DNA of 64,000 nt. It comes from Eledone cirrhosa. Its lineage: Eukaryota. Positions 36,305-49,463 of this stretch are shown one piece after another. The position numbers and the translations under genes are program-made. The stretch is taken from positions 13,640,001 to 13,704,000 of the forward strand of contig OZ024743.1 of assembly GCA_964016885.1 (NCBI GenBank), in the 5' to 3' direction. The notes under the pieces were generated by a model, which was not told the origin of the DNA, ran no database searches, and worked only from the letters and a program-made list of their open reading frames with translations. Numbering within the stretch: position 1 is the stretch's first letter; every line of letters begins with the position of its first letter.

Positions 36305-37300
36305 GTGTATGTATTAAGGATAATATTTATGGTTATGTATATAATAAGACCTTTTATAGTTATATATATTTTAAACTCTAAATAGTGAAAGACAGTAATT
36401 CATTACTACCTTATTACCAGTAAGATAAATAGCTCAATGTAATAACTGTCTCTACATTTGGCACATTTATTGACCCCGTAAGGATGAAAGGCAAAGTTAA
36501 CCTCGGCGGGATTTGAACTCAGACTGTAAAGGGACGTAACTATGCTAGAAAGCATGGCGTCCAACCCTCTACCGATACTGCCAATTATGTAATAACATCA
36601 GTTGTTTTACAGAGCAGTTATATAGAAATTACATGAATCAAAGTTCAGTTTAAATCATTTATTTGCTGTGTTGTTATGTGTATGTATATATATACGTATA
36701 TCAGGTCACCACTTGGTGTTACTGGTAACATGTATCCCAGTACAACCTGTCTCATGGTCGGGTCGTTGGATACTAAACTGGCAACCCCACCAAGGTTTCT
36801 TGGTGAGGAGGGTGACTTTGGACATCCTGCAGGACTAAAAACTAAACCTGGCAAAGGAGCTCTTAAGAGTCAATGGCCATCCAAAATCACCGGGAGAGAT
36901 GACCCCTTAGCATTTGTCAAGGCAGAATTCTAGGAGAAGGAAAACTCTGATATAACACCTGCAACCCTGATGGTATCCAACGATGTTGACTTGTTCTTCT
37001 TTTTGGTAAATATCATCTTGGTTAAGAGAGTGGGACTGGCTTTGTGCAGTGCCTTTGCTCACTATAAAAGCTTCACGGCACAGGCATTGCTTTGTATCTG
37101 GAGATCTCTCTGCACTTGTCGTCACATGGTACCAAAGGTAAAGCACTATGTGTCAATAATTGTCACAAGTGTAGTGTTTGTACCAGAGTTTTCAAGTCGC
37201 TGGCTGGACTAAAAAGTCACACTCGTTCAGCGCATCGGTAGGGGTCCTCCTACATGGATATAAAGTAGTGACCGTACTCGAAAACGAGTTGGCAGACGCC
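35769..37300 (+). repeat. About 490-bp direct repeat (35769-36262 / 36812-37300), possibly the 5' region of an RTE-like element
   Basis: Two highly similar copies, each containing GGAGAAGGAAAACTCTGA. The second copy extends 5' to about 36700 with several hairpins. Family assignment tentative. Confidence 0.7.
36447..36586 (-). mobile_element. SINE copy with 10-bp TSD, inserted in a pLTR-like segment
   Basis: Same family as 22997. ATGTAATAAC at 36437-36446 and 36587-36596. Confidence 0.85.
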
Positions 37301-37333
37301 ATGTATGTATATATATGTATATGTGTGCATATG

Positions 37334-37387
<54 letters not shown>

Positions 37388-37941
37388 CGTGTATGTGTGT
37401 GTATATGTATATATATGTGTATATATATATATATGTATGTGTGTATGTGTGTATGTGTGTGTAGGTGCGCGCGAGTGTGTGTGTGTGAATGTGTGTGTTT
37501 GTGAATAAGTCTTTTGAATTTTGGAATATAGTTTAAGAGAAATTTGAAGATAATGGTATGATATGCACTCAATATTTTGAACTGGTCTATAGAATTTTCT
37601 CGGACCTTGTCACTAAGTAGAACCTTAAATAATTAACTTTTAAACATTACCCTTTTCTCTAAATCCATCAACCATGACTGACCCCCAACGATCTTATAGA
37701 CACCTGAAATATAGGCATTGTTAGCTTAAGAGAAACTAAAAATAAGGAGTGGCACCCCATTCTGAACTTGTTTATGGAATTCTTTCTGCCTTTGTTACTC
37801 TAAATATATATTATAGCTTTAAAGAATTAGCTTTTAATGAATTCTCTTTTCTATCAACCAATGACCTCTACTCATCCCACTTGCTACCCTCTCCTACCAC
37901 CCGAAGAGACCTATAAATAGCATATTTATTTTTTGATACCC

Positions 37942-37992
37942 AGATTCCTGATGATTTCTAAAGAATGAAACAGTTCTAGTCCTGTAGAATCT
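37942..37992 (+). ncRNA. Type I hammerhead ribozyme
   Basis: Helix I AGATTC/GAATCT; CTGATGA 37948-37954; GAAA; helix III ACAG/CTGT; cleavage triplet GUA at 37984-37986. Confidence 0.85.
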
Positions 37993-38175
37993 CATCTATA
38001 TTAAAACTGTTATACTCTGCTAAACACACATACATATAAACACACATAAATAAATAAACACACACATATATGTATAAACACACATAAACATAAATATACC
38101 CACACACATATATATATATATACACACATACACACACACACATATATATTAAACTCACACATGCATATAAATAAA

Positions 38176-38247
<72 letters not shown>

Positions 38248-39835
38248 CAGTGCCCCGCAAAAGTTTACAACACATTAGGAAAAATGCGGTTTTAGGTAAT
38301 TTTAATAAAGTTAGGGTAATGAAAATTTAACTACCGATAGAAAATACAATGAGGCATTTAATGATACAATTATATTTTAAAAAAATAATAAGGAAATAAC
38401 TCATGAAGAAAAAACAATATTTTTATAACGCAAAAGTTTACAACACATTTATTAAATCATCTCTTAATATTTTGTAGCGTAACCTTTGTTGCTAATTACA
38501 GCCTGTAGGGCATTTGGAGTAGCCTCCTACAAACTTCTTGGCTAATATATTTCCATTCTTCACAACAAATTTTCTTTAGTTCAGGGATATTTTGGGGTTT
38601 CCTTTTTTGAATTATGAGTTTCAGTCTCTCCACAAATTTTTGATCGGGTTAAGATCTGGAGACTGACATGGTCATTTTAGAACATTTGTTCCATTCGTAC
38701 TTAACCAAGATTGTGTTAGCTTTGCAGTATGCTTTGGATCGTTGTCTTGTTGAAAAAACCAAACTGGTTTTAAGCTGAGAGAATGTGCACTTTGATGTAA
38801 ATTCCTTTGCAAAATACCTCTATAATAAGCGCCATCCATTCTTCCTTCTATTATTTCAATATTTCCTACACCTGTGGCAATAAAGCAACCCCAGACCATG
38901 ACTGATCCACCTCCAAATTTTACAGTTGGAATAGTATTCTTCAGCGAATATTCAGTACCTTTCTTTCTCCAGACTTTTGCCACAGCATTTCGACCAAAAA
39001 GTTCAATTTTTGTTTCGTCTGACCAAAGTACATCTTCTCAAAATGACGCAGGTTTGATGAGATGCTCATTTGCAAAGTTTAATCGACGAAGAACGTGTTT
39101 CCTTGTAAGAAGTGGTGTTTTCCTTGGAGACCTCGAGAAGATATCATATCGATGTAGTGAACGACTAATTGTATCTGTGCTCACATTTACTCCACTTCCT
39201 AAAGATTTTAATGAGTACACCGGGGTTCGTTGCCAACCTTTCTCGTCAATAACCGAGCTGCACGTTCCGTTATCTTTCTAGGACGACCATAACTAATTAG
39301 AGGACAGATGGAATGATGAGATTTCCAGTGAAAAATTATAGTACCAACTGAACTCAATGGCACATTTAACTGACAAGATATCTTTCTATAACCAACACTA
39401 TTTGTATGAAGGTCTAAAATGCGTTCACGGAGGTCTTGATCAATCAGTTTATTTTTCCCCATATTGTCAATGTTTACAGGACGGTTGTCAATGTTTACAG
39501 GATGGTTGTCAGACAAATAATGACGTAATGTTTTTAATTGTCCTTAGAAGTTACCTTAAACCTAATCTAGAACATTCTACTGAATTTTAAATCTGAAAAT
39601 TTAAGAATTTTCTTGAAAAAAAGCGATAAATATAAAATGTGTTGTAAACTTTTGCGTTATAAAAATATTGATTTTTCTTCATGAGTTATTTCCTTGTTAT
39701 TATTTTAAAAATATGATTGTATCATTAAATGCCTCACTATATGTTCTATCAGTAGTTACATTTTCATTACCCTAACTTTATTAAAAATACCTAAAACCAC
39801 ATTTTTCCTAATGTGTTGTAAACTTTTGCGGGGCA

Positions 39836-39838
<3 letters not shown>
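38248..39838 (-). mobile_element. Tc1-family (IR/DR type) DNA transposon, full length but defective
   Basis: About 200-bp TIRs starting CAGTGCCCCGCAAAAGTTT, flanked by TA. Inner repeat of CGCAAAAGTTTACAACACATT. Transposase MGKNK..GRPRK..WSDETK..GGGSVMVWG..QQDNDPKH..SPDLNPIKNLW with frameshifts and stops. Confidence 0.95.
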
Positions 39839-39890
<52 letters not shown>

Positions 39891-39895
<5 letters not shown>

Positions 39896-40860
39896 TCATC
39901 GAGAATCGTATTTCGGCGGGTAGAAATAAGCGAAACACAATTTCCGATTTGTATTGGCAAGCGCTCCACGGATCAAAAGAACAGGAGCAATACACATATG
40001 TTATAAAGACTATACAAACTGAGACGGCGGTTAAGAGGCTATCAACCACCTAAGCCAAAAAAAAAAAAACGAAGCAAGCTATACGGGTCAAACAAAATAA
40101 CTTAATGAAATATTTACCCGGACACTTGGATATGATGGTATATTCCAGTACAGGGTTTCTGCGACACCTAAGTCAATAATACTGTCTGCTTAAAAAAATA
40201 AGCTTTTGGTATAATGATCGAACAAGGATATCACTTTCTTAACAGGTATTTTGTTCTGCGCCAGCGTTTTGAATCTCACAGTGTTTTGAAAGCACATGTG
40301 TAACTCTACAGGGGAGAAAACCCCAAATTTTGGCGTATGAATTCAGTATGTGTAATCGATACAAAAATTGCAAAAGCAGCACAATTCGAGTTAAGCTCTC
40401 GACCGGGTATTTTAAAAAATAAACTTAAGCAATTAATCAGTGAATAGAATTATCTAAAACAAATTAACTGGTTAATTGTTAGACTCGGGAGATTAATACA
40501 AATATAAATTCAGCGAGAATCGTATTTCGGCGGGTAGAAATAAGCGAAACACAATTTCCGATTTGTGTTGGCAAGCGCTCCATGGACCAAAAGAGACCAG
40601 AGCAATAAACATATGTTATAAAGGCGATACAAACTGAGACGGCGGTTAAGAAGCTATCAACCACCTAAGCAAAAATAAAAACAACAAATAACGAAGCAAG
40701 TTATACGGGTCAAACAAACTAAATGAATGAAATATCTACCCAGCTTCCGGAAATGATGGTATAATCCAGTACAGGATTTCTGCGACACCTAAATCAATAA
40801 TACTGTCTGCTTAAAAAAATAAGCTTTTGGTATAATGATCGAACAAGGATATCACTTTCT
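39891..40860. repeat. About 350-bp direct repeat pair (39891-40240 / 40506-40860), unclassified
   Basis: TAAATTCA..GAGAATCGTATTTCGGCGGGTAG...GGATATCACTTTCT occurs twice. Confidence 0.85.
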
Positions 40861-41303
40861 CAACCGGATAGTTTTTAAAATATATATATATTATTCAAAA
40901 TATTAACAAATGAAGATATTCACATAATCAACATATATGCTTTATTATATACTAGCAGCAGTACCCAGCGTTGCCTGGGTAGGTAAAATAATATATGGTT
41001 TGATGAAAAGGTGTTGATCTTAGCGACTGCTTCTCGATGACTCATCTATTGCCACACACAGGCCATGCTGGGGAGAGTGCTGATGACCTTTATCACTGAG
41101 AAACGCAGGTGACTGACGAAGGGGCATGCTGGGGAGGGAGGTAATGACTTCTAACACTAAGCCAAACTTCCTCACGCTACTTGATTGGAAACCGATGAAT
41201 TCTCAAATACACAACTAAAAGCTCAGACGACGTCAGTGGCCATACACTCTATCAGATTCCCCCTCTCTCAGTATACCACCAAATTCTCTCGCATTTTTTA
41301 TAT

Positions 41304-41367
<64 letters not shown>

Positions 41368-41599
41368 TACAATTCTGTCTCTCTCACTAAAACAACAAAT
41401 TCTCTCCCCCCTTTTTGTATTCCCCTAAATACTCCTCTCTCTCTCTCACACACATTACCCTCTCACTAAACCAACAAAGTCTCTCCCGCTCTCTATATCC
41501 GACGACAATATTATTTTGCTTTGAAACAACAAATGGTTTCATCTTGTGTAAAGAACGACAACGTTCTCCATCCCCTCCTCAACCTTTTGAACCCCAGGG

Positions 41600-42460
41600 T
41601 TGTGGGAAATGTTTCTTTTTTTATGGTGTGCTTTTGCTGATGAGTGCACTTGCATCGGAGTAGCCGAACGCCTTGGCCCCCGCGTGTGTGACCCACATAA
41701 ATGCCGCTGCGGGGTGGTTGTAAGCAAGTTCGGCCTGCACCTTCTGTTGTGCCGCCAATGCGAAGGCCGATTCCTCCGGCATGCCGCTCTGAACGACATA
41801 TTGGGAAGAAGCCTGGACGCAGCTGACTTTGCAGCTCCATCAGAGCAAGCATGCCTACACCACGAAGAATGCAACGCCCGCACGGAATCACACTCTTCCC
41901 GTTCGAAGGACATAGATCCTTCATCTGTGCCACCATCTTTGCGACATGTTCTCCGCCTCCAACTTAGTCGCTTCGCTCACAAACCCCGGCATCGCATCCC
42001 ACTTCGAAGAAGAACGTAAAAGAAACGAATACCGAGATTTGTCCCGCCGCTTCCTCTTCGCACCGGTTGCCATCGAAACCTCAGCCGTACATGGACTTCC
42101 TATTTCCGAGCTCTTTCGCAAGAGCGGATGTCAGCAACCAGTCTGTGGAGGGTTTCTCGTTAGGCTGGGTGTCTGTTGCGGCGGGTGTCACTGGCCATTG
42201 TCCGGGGAAATGCATTTGCAGACTTGTCAGCGGGGTGCAGCACTTCTGCCCTCTTGCCCAAAGCCCAATCATCCTCCCTTCATCCATCCCCTCTATTATG
42301 TGACACCAGAGCTCTTACCATTCCCTCTCCGTCCCGTTCATTTCATTCTTTCCTTCTCTCTTTTTATTCTATATTTCCCTATTCATTATTTCCTTTTCCC
42401 CACCTTTTATTATTATTTCTTACGAATTGTAGATTGTCTGTTTTATATTTGAATAAATAT
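41600..42460 (+). mobile_element. CRE-like non-LTR retrotransposon 3' fragment (zinc knuckle plus restriction-like endonuclease)
   Basis: IGVAERLG.RVCDPHKCRCG..GLHLLLC..GRFLRHAALNDIL, KRNEYRDL..FLFAPVAIET and RRVSLAIVRGNA across frameshifts. Confidence 0.78.
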
Positions 42461-42711
42461 AGATATGTGATATAGAGGAAATGAAAGTTTATTTGACAGG
42501 TGTTTAAAATATGTGATGGTGGAGGGTGGTGCGGGCTAAGGTAAGATTTTATCGTTATCTTGGCACCTTCAATTTTGTAATGTATCGTATGGTTTTTAGA
42601 ATTATTTAAATTTATATTTCATATTCAACAATGCTGTTTTATATATATATATATATAAACACACGCACACACACACACACACACACAGACACACACACAC
42701 ACAAACACACA

Positions 42712-42767
<56 letters not shown>

Positions 42768-42860
42768 AATATGTATATATATATTTGATTGGCAGTGAGA
42801 CGTGTAATATATAATTAAATATGTATATGATGCAATAATGATTCTTTGCTTGCTATTTAT

Positions 42861-42907
<47 letters not shown>

Positions 42908-43002
42908 CGCGGAGTTACAGTAGGTTGACCCAGATGAACACTCGATGTTTAGGTTCACGTCTGTATCGAGGTTTAGCGGTAAACAGGGTGTAGTATAATA
43001 AA

Positions 43003-43197
43003 ATAAAACAAGGACGAGTGGTTACTGCTTCATTACTGTTATTGGTTGGAGACGCGCGTTTCGCCATCAAAAGGGTCTGACGAGATTACAGAATTGGGAT
43101 TAATCGATACAGATTGAACTTTGACCTGATCGGTGGCGAAACGCGCGTCACCAATCAATAAACGTAATGAAGGAGTAACAACTCGTCCTTGTTTTAT
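43003..43197. repeat. Short inverted repeat (about 65-bp arms) built from a pLTR-like end
   Basis: ATAAAACAAGGACGAGT..GACGCGCGTTTCGCCA versus TGGCGAAACGCGCGTC..ACTCGTCCTTGTTTTAT. Confidence 0.8.
43074..43152 (+). ncRNA. Hammerhead-like ribozyme with 54-nt helix II
   Basis: GGT-CTGACGA-[imperfect hairpin]-GAAAC GCGC GTC-ACC. Confidence 0.65.
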
Positions 43198-43203
43198 GTT
43201 ATT

Positions 43204-43235
<32 letters not shown>

Positions 43236-43282
43236 GTTTAAATAAATCTTGTCTGGTCCATTTTGTGATCTTATATATATAT

Positions 43283-45497
43283 ATATTGTTATACTTGGGG
43301 AGGGTCATATTGTTGTAATAATATTGCCAGAATTAATAACAGAACACACTCACTGTTTGGTTGGTTTTTGCTTCTGTACCTTTAATATCAGTTAATTCAT
43401 TCGGTGCTCAATGTTTACTATTCAGTAACCAACGGTCAAAAATACAGATATAATATAGATATAAACATATATATAGTCTAACAAAGTTCTTTTGTTGCAC
43501 ATCTGCAGCATCGTCAGTGGTGCAATTATGTTCCTCCTGCTGTATTGTATATTTACGCCATCTTTATTTAATCTGTTTTTTTATTTATTTATTTTTGTCT
43601 TCTTCTTTGAGCATGCGTTTGCGTGTGTGTATAGTGTTTGGTGTGTGTTCGACTTTGGGTGACTGTTTTGTGGTTATTGTATTCCATCTTAGTTTACTAG
43701 TGTGTGCGTATATGTGTTTGTTGTTATTGTGCTTGTGTATATATTTATTTATTTATTTATATTTCTCTTAGGTCAGTATTGTTTGTTTGGGCGTTGTTAT
43801 TCTATTTATTTTTTCTGTTTAGCTTTGGCCGTCTAAGTTCTATTTCACTTGCCTCTCTGATTTGCCTATCTGCTGGGTCATTTCTATGTTTAGATATTAT
43901 TTTAATTTCTATGTCGCCTATGTTACCGTCATGTTGTTGTCTGGCGTGTTCGTATATTACTGAGCCGTTTTTAGGTCCTTTCAGTTCCTCCTAGTGTTGA
44001 TCTATCCTTTCACCTATGCCACGAGCTGTTTTGCCTATGTATGTTGCTGTCATGTTTCTGCAAGTACTTTCTGTACATCTTATGCTATAGACTACGTTTC
44101 CAGTTTTACAGTTTATCCGGGGGTTTACTTTACATACAATACATTTCCTAATAGTACAGTGGTTTTTCTTAAGTGGGTCAGGGATTTTATGGTATTTCCT
44201 GGCTTTTCTACCACCTTAATCTTTAAGTGGGTTTTTTTCAGGGCCTTTCTACACTGGTTAGCTAATTTCCCTCCAGGGGTAGCGTCCACGAACATGACAC
44301 TCTGGTATCTCTGATTGTCGTAACATGAAGTGGCTTTCCCTATCTTATGTTTAATCCTATCTAAGCTATTCCATGATTTGCTCCTGTATAATGGGCAAAT
44401 TCCTTTTATGTCCAGTTCTATGAGGATCTTATACTTCTCCGTGGCTCCTTCGTATACTCTGATTCTATATCTTTCGTTGTAGCCAGAGAACATGCGGTTG
44501 ACTAAGTGTTGGATGTGTCTTTCCATTTCTGTTGGGTCACACATGCAGGACACGTTCTTCATCACTCGTACCAAGTCTGCGATCAGAATATTAAACTTAG
44601 CATTACTGGACATTGCTGAGTTTTGAGTATCAGGTATTTGGAGGCCATGGGTTTAGCGTAGTGTGAATGGAGAATTTGGGCCCTCTCGTCTATAGTGTTA
44701 ATCCAGACTCCCGTGTCTAATACAGGTAGTCTACTGTTAGGGTGTTTGGAAGGGTAGTCGATAGTTATAGTTATATTCTGATGTATGGAATTAGCTATCT
44801 GCTGGATGCTTTCCATTTTGCTACATTCTAAATCATACTTGTTAGTACTCTCTTGTGGGGGTGTCCTATTAATATATTAATGTCGTCTACATAACGAGAG
44901 TACATGATGATGTCTATGGAGATCTCATCAAGGAGATCTTTGAGTCTCCTTTCCCACCATGCTATAAAAAGGTTGGCAACGTCACCAGCTATGTTGACGC
45001 CAATGGTTGCTCCCTCATTTCGGGTGTAGATCTTCTCGTTGAATTTTAATATTTGGCCCTTTTGGGTAGTTTTAATACTAGCCCCTATTGCATGCGCGAC
45101 CGTTTTTCTTACCTGATCATTGTCTTTGGGGGTCCGCATGGCTTTGGTCCACCCAATCCACCTTCCCATCGGAGTCTCTTTGCCATTGAAGGTATGGTGG
45201 AGGGTCTACCTCTTATGTTCTACAGGGGCAGAAACGGATAAGGTCATGGCTGTCTAGGTAGTCGGTGTCATAGGTAAGTCTAAGTAGTTGGCCCATTTCG
45301 TCTGATCATCTCCACACATATTCCCACAGCAAAATCAATGTTAATGGATGGGTATAGTGATACCACGTCCATACTGCCTAATGGATTAGCTGATATGAAA
45401 GATACAGAATCGAAAACCAACCAAACAGTGAGTGTGTTCTGTTATTAATTCTGGCAATATTATTGCAACAATATGACCTTCCCCAAGTATAACAATA
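43283..45497 (-). mobile_element. 5'-truncated Penelope-like element (YVDD-type) with inverted pLTR piece
   Basis: IGSMDVVSLYPSI, GATIGVNIAGDVANLF, YSRYVDD, LPVLD, NVVYSIRC..YIGKTAR. Inverted repeat 43283-43370 / 45413-45497. Confidence 0.88.
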
Positions 45498-45536
45498 TTT
45501 ATTTCGACACACGATTTCATATCAAAAACCTCCCAA

Positions 45537-45636
<100 letters not shown>

Positions 45637-46313
45637 ATTTATATCTATTTGTAACAAAATAACTAGGAGGCCTAGGTAAAACCGTTTAAAGCAATCCCAG
45701 CATTCAACGTACATTAATTCTACAAGTCTGTAAATGAAGAGTTATTCTGAACATAATTTGAATTCAAATTGTAAAGGACCAAAATTTAAAGCTGCAGTAC
45801 ATTTCCAGAAATGTACTTCTATTGAATCATACCAACTATTGCTTTCAACATTGCGTGTTTTAAATGAATGCTAATCCATGTCATTACAGGCAAGCGGTCA
45901 ACATTGGTGTTGAAATATTAATTATTATATAATATTATTCAATGAAATTTTAATTGAGAAATAATGAAAATAAAATAAAACAAAATATATGAAATTGCTT
46001 GTCTAAAAACGGTTTGTATAACTATTTCATTAGATGTATTTTAAAATAGAATGTAATTAAATTTATATTTCATTGAGTGTAGTTTCATGAATAAACAGAG
46101 AAGAAATATGGAATTTTCCTGTGAAACAGGTATCGATAGAATTAAATACAAATTCTGAAGATATATAGAACAATCAACGTGACGAAGAATGGGGCCAATG
46201 GAATTATGTAATATCCTCTAGCAACAAAAATGTATACAGTTTTCCACATGTAATCTCCTCCACAAGCTCCGATATAGGCATTTGCATATGTAGAGGCGCG
46301 TATATATGCACAC

Positions 46314-46386
<73 letters not shown>

Positions 46387-46394
46387 GAGAGAGG

Positions 46395-46444
<50 letters not shown>

Positions 46445-48975
46445 TAACAAGATAGGGGAATAGAGAAGTATGTGAAACGAAGAATTATTACATTATTGCG
46501 CGAGTCAACATTTAGTGCATTTTACGATTGCAATCATGTATCTAGGACCTAATTAGTTTCCATTCTAATAGTTAACGTTATAATCTCGTTCGTACATTGT
46601 CCTATATGATGCTAATTAAACAATGTATAGCAGTCACCGATTTTATAAGCTTTACTTATATATATCTATATATATATATTCGTCTGTGTGCGTGTATGTG
46701 TGTGCGTGTGCGTGTGAGTGCGTGCATTTGCAATCATTTCATGTTAACATGTAAGTCTGGCTCAAAATCAATGGTGACATTGAGGGACTGATTCCAGTAG
46801 GAAATGGTGTCAAACACGATGGTGTCATTCCCCGACCTCTCCTCTCCTTATATGTTTTGTTACACTCACATGCCCTTTTCACTGACTGCTCTCATAAGGC
46901 ATGTTAGGGATCACTTCTTGATTCTCCTGCATTTTTTTTTGCCATCAATTTGTAAGTTTCGAGGCAGTTATTCCAGATGGATGTTCAGATAATTACGTCT
47001 TAATTTTACAGAATGTTGAAGATGTGCATTTTCACACTGAGTTGAGTTAAAGAATGGATTGTCAAGGGTGGAATTTGACCGTCAATCTTATATGAGTGCA
47101 AATATCAGAAAATGAGATGATTATAAAGTGGCATAATTATAAAATTATATATATTAAATACAATAGCCCCATCGAATCAAGATCATATGAAAGAGAAGCC
47201 GAACTTTTCAACGAATAACATTGTTATACACCACAAACGGCACTACAATAAATGCTGGCTAAATACAGAGATAGGCTGAAAATTTCAGCTAGCAATCTGA
47301 CAAGGTAATAACAGGGAAATGCTACGTCTTGAAACATATTGTATGAAGCCATGTAGACATTTCCTTCCTTTTGAAATTGGATTAGTGCAAGTATATGCAT
47401 TTCAAAATGACAACAATTAAAAAAATTATTTCTAATCAGTCTTACCTATAAAATGCATACAGACAAAGGTTAAGGAAATCTTGATAATCTACAACAACAT
47501 GCAATCACGATACATCCAACCCACAAATGCACATGTATACAAATGACATGGAATGTTTTAAATGATATTAACAACGATGGTGAGAGTGTATTTTCGGAAA
47601 GTCTCCTAAATATATCTCTAAACAAACACATTCACTAATTAGCTGGTCTTGAAACATTCGCAATAAACAAAGCTCAAAGCTTCTGCAATCTCACATAAAT
47701 GACCATTTCGCATTCATATCAACATTTTTGTTGATATTTAAGGAAATTACTCGATCCCTCAACCAAATCGATGAAAATGAAATCGATATCATCTTATAAG
47801 TTTACATGTCCCAATTTAATACTAAAACAGCGTGGTTTGGACTATTTTTATTAAGTAATATTAAATACAAACGTTACACCTAGTAAAAAAAGGTGTCATG
47901 TATATGGTTGATAACTTTCCTACTCCTAGTTACCTACACTATCTACCAACAAATATTCATAGAAAGAAAACCCATTTCTTACGTTAGAAATATAACTTGT
48001 TAATAACCATCTGAAGTCACTAATATTTTCTTCGTCTCACTCTCACACTAGCAACACTCTTCAGTCTATCTTCATTCGATTAGGTCCTCACGTATACATA
48101 CTCGCTATTAAAGTGTCCTCTCGTATACATACTCGCTATTAAAGTGTTGAATACATTGTATATGTTAAAATCGTCAATCTTATAAACTGTGCGGTTGATT
48201 CATTCTTTTCCATAACGAGGCTTTTTATGAACTTTTTATATATGAAATGGAATTTCCGCCGCGTCTGAAATAAATTATCCTGGATGTTAATGTGGTGTAC
48301 TTTTGATTACCAATTTGCTTCGTGCAAAATAATCTAGAATGATGAAATCAATTTTATTCAGGATTCTCTTTATATTTGCCGCAATGAATTAAGCATCTTC
48401 ATTGGATCAAGATGCTAGAGTCTACATGGTACAAGGAGTTTCGTATTGTTGTGGAAGTATGAGAAAGTTATGCAATCGGTTCCAGTCCAATACAATGGTC
48501 CTCGTCGAGTATAAGGAGGAGTAGCAAAGCTGTTTAAAGAAAGTAATTCAATATGGAGGTGACACATCATTATATTTCTCTATATAAAACCATGGAATAC
48601 CAATATGTTCCATAATGATGCAGGTACACCTGAGCATCATAGGACGCACCTATTAAAGAGTAATACTTACTCTCCAATCAGCCATAAATTCAATTATCTT
48701 GTCGCTAAACATAAAATAAATACATAAACGAATACTGAAATTACGGTATTGAACTACTTAAACTTGTTGACCTTGTACACCTTCTACATGATATGTCATT
48801 TGTTATTTAACTAATTGGTTTTCAGAATATTTGTAATTACTAAGCATTGCAGACAAAGGAGGATATGCACATACATGTATGAATTAGATGTATGTCAACG
48901 CTTTCAATATAACTGTATGTATGCATCTATACATAAACTATTGTGTAAGCATATACACATGTGATTACACACGCG

Positions 48976-49078
<103 letters not shown>

Positions 49079-49204
49079 CTATATATATATATATATATAT
49101 ATATGTATCTATGTATGTGTTTGTATGCGTATGCGTGTATGTAAATATTTGTGTATATATATATATAACGACTGAAAGCAGATTATCTTAAGTTGTTTAT
49201 TACA

Positions 49205-49314
<110 letters not shown>

Positions 49315-49432
49315 CACATTTATACATATATATATATATACGTATATAAATGTATATATAAGGAGAGAGAGAGAGTGACAGATATCTATACATATATATA
49401 TATAAATATATATACATGAATATATATATATC

Positions 49433-49463
<31 letters not shown>

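Noticed and set aside
46760-46870. Possible old LINE RT fragment (KINGDIEGLIPVGNGVKHDGV)
   Set aside because: Too short and degenerate to support a call.
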